Shown here: positions 58,018-64,000 of the stretch, piece by piece
How positions within the stretch are numbered: the first letter of the stretch is position 1
How the letters are laid out: each line of letters opens with the position of its first letter
Virus record (IMG/VR): IMGVR_UViG_3300008261_004773
Coordinates: 1 to 64,000 of that record
Origin: a virus
Length of the DNA: 64,000 nt
Reading direction: 5' to 3' (one strand)
Notes under the pieces: model-generated
What the model saw: the letters and a program-made list of their open reading frames with translations, nothing else
The model's database searches: none
What the model was told of the DNA's origin: nothing
Made by a program: the position numbers and the translations under genes

Positions 58018-59322
58018 ATGGCAAAGAAACTGAAAGAACAATTAGATTATGGTAATAGACCGGAAAGAATGGATCCTAATTTGGAGAGAAAGTTAGCAGA
58101 TCCACAGGGTCTTTATGGACAGAATCCTGCTATGAGAAAAGGACCCCAAGATGTTGAAAGATTGGTTAGCTCAAGATTCAAAAAAGTTGCCGACAAGTTA
58201 AGGTCTGTACCCGGAATGAGAGATCTCAGTCCAAGAGTGGTACAAGCTTTCTATATGCAAATGATGAATAGCCTACCAACAATAATGAGAATTGAGGGTG
58301 CGCACAAAGATGAATTGATTGAGTTAGCTAAAAAAGCTTCACTCGAAGAAACAGAAGTTCCTGATGGTTGGGTTAATATAATTGCAGAATTAGGTATGCC
58401 AATTGATGTCTCTAATTTCAGATACGAACCTGAAGATGAAGAGGAGGAAGAAGATGAGGAGGAAAAAGAAGAAAAATTGCAATTCCAATCATTTGATGTT
58501 GAGGATCTAACAGACGCTGAACAGCTCGAGTTAGAAAAACACAAAAGAAACATCATCAACGCTATCATCCAAGGTGCTGCTAAGAAGGGACATTACATAT
58601 TTCAAAAACCCTCTGTAAAGAGAGCATTAGACCGCATTGATCCACAATTATTTCCATTGTACTTGGCTATAATGGCAGTTAATGACTACATGTACTTCAC
58701 TCAAGAACAAATGATTGAAATGATGAGTACAACAGGTCAAGGTGTTGCTGGAAAAGTTGAGTTGGATCCCGAAGGAGAAGAGGGAGATGAGGGTGGAGAA
58801 GAAGGTGAGTCTGAAATTGATACTGTAATCAAAGCTCAAGGTCTTATCTTCCCAATTTTATGCCATGAGATCATAAAAGGTATTGAAGAGTCCAAAGGAA
58901 GACATGGTTTACCGAAGGAACCCGGAATGCGTCAAAAAGTTCAACAACAAGTTGATACTTTGGCAAACGAACCAATGCAATTGAGAATCGGACCAGAAAT
59001 TGTAGAAAAAATCCGTTTTTCACTTCCTGATGAAATGTTTGATGAATCCAATAAAGGATTAATAAACTGGTTCCACATCTTGTTATACCAAATTGATGCA
59101 AAAGAATTCTTGGAAATCATAGGAGACGCTATCTCAGATGATAAATCTAAAAACAAGAAAGCTACTGCGAGATTCGAGGAGATCATGAAAGAAGCTCAGA
59201 ACATGAAGTCAGAATTCGAAAATTACAAAGAAGAAAATGACATCGATTCTGAAGATGAAGGAGACGACGATGAAGGTCTCGACGATTTCTTAGGAAGTTT
59301 GGGTATATCAAGACCCAAATAA
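58018..59322 (+). CDS. Hypothetical protein upstream of terminase
   Basis: 434 aa; acidic tracts; HEIIKG. Confidence 0.6.
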   Translation: MAKKLKEQLDYGNRPERMDPNLERKLADPQGLYGQNPAMRKGPQDVERLVSSRFKKVADKLRSVPGMRDLSPRVVQAFYMQMMNSLPTIMRIEGAHKDELIELAKKASLEETEVPDGWVNIIAELGMPIDVSNFRYEPEDEEEEEDEEEKEEKLQFQSFDVEDLTDAEQLELEKHKRNIINAIIQGAAKKGHYIFQKPSVKRALDRIDPQLFPLYLAIMAVNDYMYFTQEQMIEMMSTTGQGVAGKVELDPEGEEGDEGGEEGESEIDTVIKAQGLIFPILCHEIIKGIEESKGRHGLPKEPGMRQKVQQQVDTLANEPMQLRIGPEIVEKIRFSLPDEMFDESNKGLINWFHILLYQIDAKEFLEIIGDAISDDKSKNKKATARFEEIMKEAQNMKSEFENYKEENDIDSEDEGDDDEGLDDFLGSLGISRPK

Positions 59323-59328
59323 TTTTCT

Positions 59329-61086
59329 GTGACCAGAGAACAATTAATTATCGAAGTTACGAAGTGTATGAAAAACACTCCGTACGCGATGAGAACTTAT
59401 TTGCAGACTTTTGACAATACCGTCAAAAGATATGTACCATTGGATCTATTCCCTGACCAAGTAACCTTAGTTGAGGATTATGATAATTACAACGAAAACA
59501 TTGCACTGAAATATAGACAGGCGGGTGTATCAACAGTAACCGCTGCATGGTCTTCGAAAAGGTTAGTTTTTGCAAAGAAGAACAATCCAGAAAAAATACT
59601 GATCATTGCAAACAAATTGGATACCGCTGTAGAATTTGCTAATAAGGTTAGAGGATTTACAGAACAATGGCCTGCTTGGGTTGGGGTTGGCTTTTCACAA
59701 GAAAAAAATTCACAAAGACATTTCAAACTCACAAATAATTGTGAAGTTAAGGCGGTTGCAACTTCCAAAGATGCCTTACGTGGTTATACACCTACAATCC
59801 TAATATTCGATGAAGCAGCATATATTGAGGCAGATGACGACTTTTGGGCAGCCTGTATGGCTTCCCTGTCTACGGGAGGTAAAGTGATTGTAATTTCTAC
59901 CCCAAATGGTTACGATCCAATTTACTATGAAATCTATGAACAGGCATTGAGAAACATGAATACGTTCAAAGTTTCTGAAATGTTTTGGTACAAGGATCCG
60001 AGATACAACAAAGATCTTTACATGGTAAAATGTGATGATCTGACTGATTATCTTTTAAACCGCGAAAATTACAAGAACACTGAAGTTATAGACCTAACGG
60101 TAGAAAATGCCTACGAAAGAGATTATGATGTTGTAAAAAATTACATCTCACAAGGATTCAAACCATGTTCATCTTGGTTCGAAGGTATGGTAAAAAAACT
60201 GAAGTATGACAAAAGAAAAGTTGCTCAGGAACTTGAGTGTAACTTTTTGGGGTCAGGTGATAATGTATTCGAATCAACTCTCCTTACTAAAATAAAAGAT
60301 AATGATATAAAAGATCCTGATGGAAAAATGATGGCAGGTAACTTGTGGATTTGGAAAGATCCTGTTATGAGTCATAGATACATCATGGGTGTGGACGTTT
60401 CGAGGGGTGATTCGGAGGATTTTTCTTGTATCCAAATTATCGATTTTGATGAGAGAGAACAAGTTTTTGAATATGTGGCTAAAACACCGCCAGACGTTTT
60501 AGCGGAAGTTGCCTACAAGTGGGGTAAGATGTATAATGCAATGATTGTCACAGATCTGACTGGAGGTATGGGAGTCGCAACGGCGAGAAAATTGCAAGAG
60601 TTAGGTTATAAGAATTTATATGTTGAAGGACTGACAGAAAGAAACAAATATAAATGGGATCCGAAAAGAGACGAAAAAATACCAGGGATTAACTTCAATG
60701 CTAAAAGGGTTCAAATTATTGCATCTTTGGAAGAATCTTTGAGACACGGTTTCAAAGTTAGATCTCAAAGACTTTTGAATGAAATGGGTAAATTCATTTA
60801 TGTGAATGGTAGACCAGATCACCAAAAAGGTCACCATGACGATACAATTATGTCAATTGCTATGGCAATTTACGTTGGAGATACTGCATTCCAAAACTTA
60901 CAGAAGGTTGTTCAACAAACTAAAGTTATGATTGATTCGTGGCACACAGAACGTAGTGAGAACAAAATGAGATCTGATTTTTTCAATCCTACAATACCCG
61001 TAGCAGGAAATCACAATCCAAGATTTATCAACGAAGCATCCAAAGAGGACTACAGGAAATATGGATGGTTATTTGGGGGTCGATAA
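59329..61086 (+). CDS. terL: Terminase large subunit (T4 gp17-like)
   Basis: KYRQAGVST, FDEAA, STPNG, GVDVSRG, HDD. Confidence 0.93.
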   Translation: MTREQLIIEVTKCMKNTPYAMRTYLQTFDNTVKRYVPLDLFPDQVTLVEDYDNYNENIALKYRQAGVSTVTAAWSSKRLVFAKKNNPEKILIIANKLDTAVEFANKVRGFTEQWPAWVGVGFSQEKNSQRHFKLTNNCEVKAVATSKDALRGYTPTILIFDEAAYIEADDDFWAACMASLSTGGKVIVISTPNGYDPIYYEIYEQALRNMNTFKVSEMFWYKDPRYNKDLYMVKCDDLTDYLLNRENYKNTEVIDLTVENAYERDYDVVKNYISQGFKPCSSWFEGMVKKLKYDKRKVAQELECNFLGSGDNVFESTLLTKIKDNDIKDPDGKMMAGNLWIWKDPVMSHRYIMGVDVSRGDSEDFSCIQIIDFDEREQVFEYVAKTPPDVLAEVAYKWGKMYNAMIVTDLTGGMGVATARKLQELGYKNLYVEGLTERNKYKWDPKRDEKIPGINFNAKRVQIIASLEESLRHGFKVRSQRLLNEMGKFIYVNGRPDHQKGHHDDTIMSIAMAIYVGDTAFQNLQKVVQQTKVMIDSWHTERSENKMRSDFFNPTIPVAGNHNPRFINEASKEDYRKYGWLFGGR

Positions 61087-61123
61087 GTATTTATATTATC
61101 AACGTAACACGTAAAATTGTAAA

Positions 61124-62965
61124 ATGGATAATAAGAATCTAACGGTATGGCAACGACTTTCTGCGGCATTTGGACCTAACGCGCTCCTTAATCAGGATTA
61201 TCCTACTTTTCATTTCGACAAAGAGGTTCTTTTAAAAACTCAAGACAAAGCCCAATACGAAAAAGAAAAACTTCAAGCCCAACAAACCTTTTACTTATCT
61301 AATCAATGGGCAAAAGTTGAAAACAATTTGTATTCTCAAGCAGTATATTATGAACCAACAAGATTGGCTTCAGTATACGACTATGAATCAATGGAGTATA
61401 CTCCTGAAATATCTGCGGCGTTAGATATCTACGCTGAGGAATCAACAACCACTAACGAAGACGGGTTCATTCTACAAATTTATTCTGAATCAAAAAGAAT
61501 CAAGGGTGTATTAGCAGATCTTTTCAATAACACATTGGATATCAATACAAACTTACCAATGTGGACAAGAAACACGTGTAAATATGGTGACAATTTTGTA
61601 TATCTGAAATTGGATCCTGAAAAAGGAGTTGTTGGTGTACAACAATTACCAAATATAGAAATCGAAAGAGTTGAAGCAGGAATGCACGAAAAAAGAGCAC
61701 AATCTTTGGAAGACCCTACAGCTCAAAGAGCCCTTCACTTCAAGTGGAAAAACAAAAACATGGAGTTCCAATCTTGGGAGATTGCACATTTCAGACTACT
61801 GGGTGACGACAGAAAACTTCCATATGGTACCTCGATGTTAGAAAAAGCAAGACGTATTTGGAAACAATTATTGTTATCTGAAGACGCAATGTTAATTTAT
61901 CGTACTTCAAGAGCACCTGAAAGAAGAATATTCAAAGTGTTCGTTGGAAATATGAATGACGAGGATGTTGAAGCATACGTTCAACGTGTAGCAAATAAGT
62001 TCAAAAGAGATCAGGTGTTGGATCAAAAGACGGGTAACGTGGACATGAGGTTCAACCAAATGGCTGTTGATCAGGACTACTTTGTTCCCGTGAGAGACCC
62101 TGCAGCTCCTTCTCCAATTGATACATTACCAGGTGCACAAAACTTAGCTGAGATTGCCGATATTGAATATATTCAGAAGAAATTACTAACTGCATTACGT
62201 GTTCCAAAAGCATTCTTGGGATTTGAAGAAGTGGTAGGAGACGGAAAAAATTTGTCATTACAAGATATTCGTTTTGCCCGTACTATTAATAGAATCCAAA
62301 AAAGTATGTTGCAAGAATTGAACAAAATTGCAATTATACATTTGTTTCTCAACGGATTTGAAGAAGAAATTGCAAACTTCACTTTAGGTCTTACAAACCC
62401 ATCTACTCAAGCTGACCTTTTAAAGATTGATGTATGGAAAGAGAAAGTTTTACTTTACAAAGATGCAGTTGCGGATCCAGGTAATGGTATTCAACCTGTA
62501 TCATCTACATGGGCTAAAAAACATATTCTCGGAATGTCTGATGAGGAAATCAAATTGGATTTACAACAACAAAGAATAGAAAAAGCGGTAGGTGAAGAAT
62601 TGAAGAATACTCCAGCCGTAATCCAAAAAACAGGTATATTTGACAATATTGACAAACTATATGGTTCTACAACAGGATCTACAGCAACTGCAGGAGCAAC
62701 ACCTAGTGGAGAAGTTTCTGAACCTGCTTTAGGGGCCTTACCTGCTGAAACAGGTGGAGCTTTACCGGGTGAAGAGGTGGCCGCTCCTGAGGCAGCACCT
62801 GAGGGAGAAGCTGCGGGTGGAACAGTACCAGAATCACGTTTCGACAACATGAATATTTTGCTAGACTCAGATATGATTAAGGGTAGAACAATCTTAGATT
62901 TGAGCCATGGTCAACAATATTTAGGAGAAATTGAAAAAGAGTTAGACAACTTACTAAACTCCTAA
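61124..62965 (+). CDS. Portal protein (T4 gp20-like)
   Basis: YRTSRAPERRIF, QDYF.P, IDTLPG.QNL, ALRVPK. Confidence 0.93.
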   Translation: MDNKNLTVWQRLSAAFGPNALLNQDYPTFHFDKEVLLKTQDKAQYEKEKLQAQQTFYLSNQWAKVENNLYSQAVYYEPTRLASVYDYESMEYTPEISAALDIYAEESTTTNEDGFILQIYSESKRIKGVLADLFNNTLDINTNLPMWTRNTCKYGDNFVYLKLDPEKGVVGVQQLPNIEIERVEAGMHEKRAQSLEDPTAQRALHFKWKNKNMEFQSWEIAHFRLLGDDRKLPYGTSMLEKARRIWKQLLLSEDAMLIYRTSRAPERRIFKVFVGNMNDEDVEAYVQRVANKFKRDQVLDQKTGNVDMRFNQMAVDQDYFVPVRDPAAPSPIDTLPGAQNLAEIADIEYIQKKLLTALRVPKAFLGFEEVVGDGKNLSLQDIRFARTINRIQKSMLQELNKIAIIHLFLNGFEEEIANFTLGLTNPSTQADLLKIDVWKEKVLLYKDAVADPGNGIQPVSSTWAKKHILGMSDEEIKLDLQQQRIEKAVGEELKNTPAVIQKTGIFDNIDKLYGSTTGSTATAGATPSGEVSEPALGALPAETGGALPGEEVAAPEAAPEGEAAGGTVPESRFDNMNILLDSDMIKGRTILDLSHGQQYLGEIEKELDNLLNS

Positions 62966-62988
62966 TATTTATAAAAAAATATTGTTCC

Positions 62989-63687
62989 ATGACCTTCGGA
63001 GAAGTAAAATCCATAATTGAAGAAAGCTTGATAGAATCTTATAAAGATTCCAAAAATTTCAAAAGTGTGATGAAAGAGTTTCACACAAATATCTTGACTA
63101 ACAAGTCATTGTCTAAATTGTATTCCCTATACGATGATTTGAATTCAGAAAAATCTTTGTCCGAAAAAGAAGCTAAGGAGTACTTGGAAGAAGGTATCTC
63201 TCTTATTAGATCTGTATTGGAAAATGCTAAGTTGCCAAAATTCACATCTAAAAAGATTGAAAACAAATACAAAGATTTGGATACATTAGTTTACACCAAA
63301 AATTTGAATATATCAGAGAGAGTTTCTGCTAAAAACAATCTTATTTCCAATTTAACTAAATCTCCTAACTCATTGAAAGAATCGATTAACCTACCTTTGA
63401 CATCGATGGTTTCAGTTGCAAATCAAACCCTGAAGAATTACATTGAGACTATGGATGAGTCAACAAAAAAAGATTTCTTCAAAGTAATCAAATCTGATCA
63501 GAATGATTTGGAAAAAGAGTTTGGTACAATCAAAGAAAGTGCAATTAATAAATTGCAAACTATTTTGGAAGGTGAAAACGAGTTTGAGTTGAAAACCAAA
63601 ATATCTGAAACGATTGATAGATTGAAAAACGAAGAGTTCAATCAAATGAATTTTGTAAGAATCAGCTCGTTAGAAAAATCTATTTAA
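62989..63687 (+). CDS. Hypothetical head-region protein
   Basis: Downstream of portal; TATTTAT upstream. Confidence 0.6.
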   Translation: MTFGEVKSIIEESLIESYKDSKNFKSVMKEFHTNILTNKSLSKLYSLYDDLNSEKSLSEKEAKEYLEEGISLIRSVLENAKLPKFTSKKIENKYKDLDTLVYTKNLNISERVSAKNNLISNLTKSPNSLKESINLPLTSMVSVANQTLKNYIETMDESTKKDFFKVIKSDQNDLEKEFGTIKESAINKLQTILEGENEFELKTKISETIDRLKNEEFNQMNFVRISSLEKSI

Positions 63688-63869
63688 TTTCCTATCTTCT
63701 GTTGTGTATAAATAGCTTTAAGCTTTTGAGTCCTTTTTTTGACTGAAGGTTTAACATACTCTTTTCTTTCGAAAAGTGTTTTTTGTTGCTTAGTCTTCAT
63801 CACCTTAGATTTCAAGGTCTTAAGTGCTCTTTCAATGTTTTCGTTTTTTCCGATTTCAATAATTAACAT
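63684..63869 (-). CDS. rpsU: Ribosomal protein bS21
   Basis: ENIERALK..K.K ... YVKPSVKKR ... KAIY. Confidence 0.9.
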   Translation of the reverse strand: MLIIEIGKNENIERALKTLKSKVMKTKQQKTLFERKEYVKPSVKKRTQKLKAIYTQQKIGN

Positions 63870-64000
63870 AATAACATATATTTCGAAAAGTCAATTTTGA
63901 CAATTATATTCCTTTTTCATAATATTTTAAAAACAAATAAACTATTGTATATGAAACAAAATGAAGAAAGGAAAAACCTCAAAAATAAATAACTTCGAAT

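Noticed and set aside
1-64000. Stop-codon recoding
   Set aside because: Conserved genes are intact in code 11, all three stops are used, and no suppressor tRNA was seen

Overview
A 64-kb segment of a large (jumbo-type) T4-like dsDNA phage. The host is most likely Bacteroidota: TAnnTTTG promoters, a GE-starting tmRNA tag, a Bacteroidota-type bS21 with Tyr54, and a TonB-dependent receptor all point that way. The right end holds the morphogenesis core (terminase large subunit, portal) next to bS21. The middle holds 23 tRNA genes, a tmRNA and at least six unexplained structured RNAs, plus RNA repair (Rnl1 ligase, kinase, phosphoesterase, HAD phosphatases), proteolysis (ClpP, N-domain-less ClpC, Hsp20, M28 peptidase), glycan-type modifying enzymes, 2OG-Fe(II) oxygenases and envelope proteins. 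Top candidates for new biology: (1) a leader-peptide attenuator whose codons match all ten tRNAs of the array downstream of it, with a second Leu-rich one upstream of two tRNA-Leu genes; (2) a DIP1984-like coiled-coil gene followed by a stem-closed RNA with 7-nt periodic UCA/UUA units; (3) an anticodon-less tRNA mimic; (4) a TATTTAT motif only 4-5 nt before the ATG of many probable virion genes. All calls come from reading the sequence by eye; no searches or folding programs were run.
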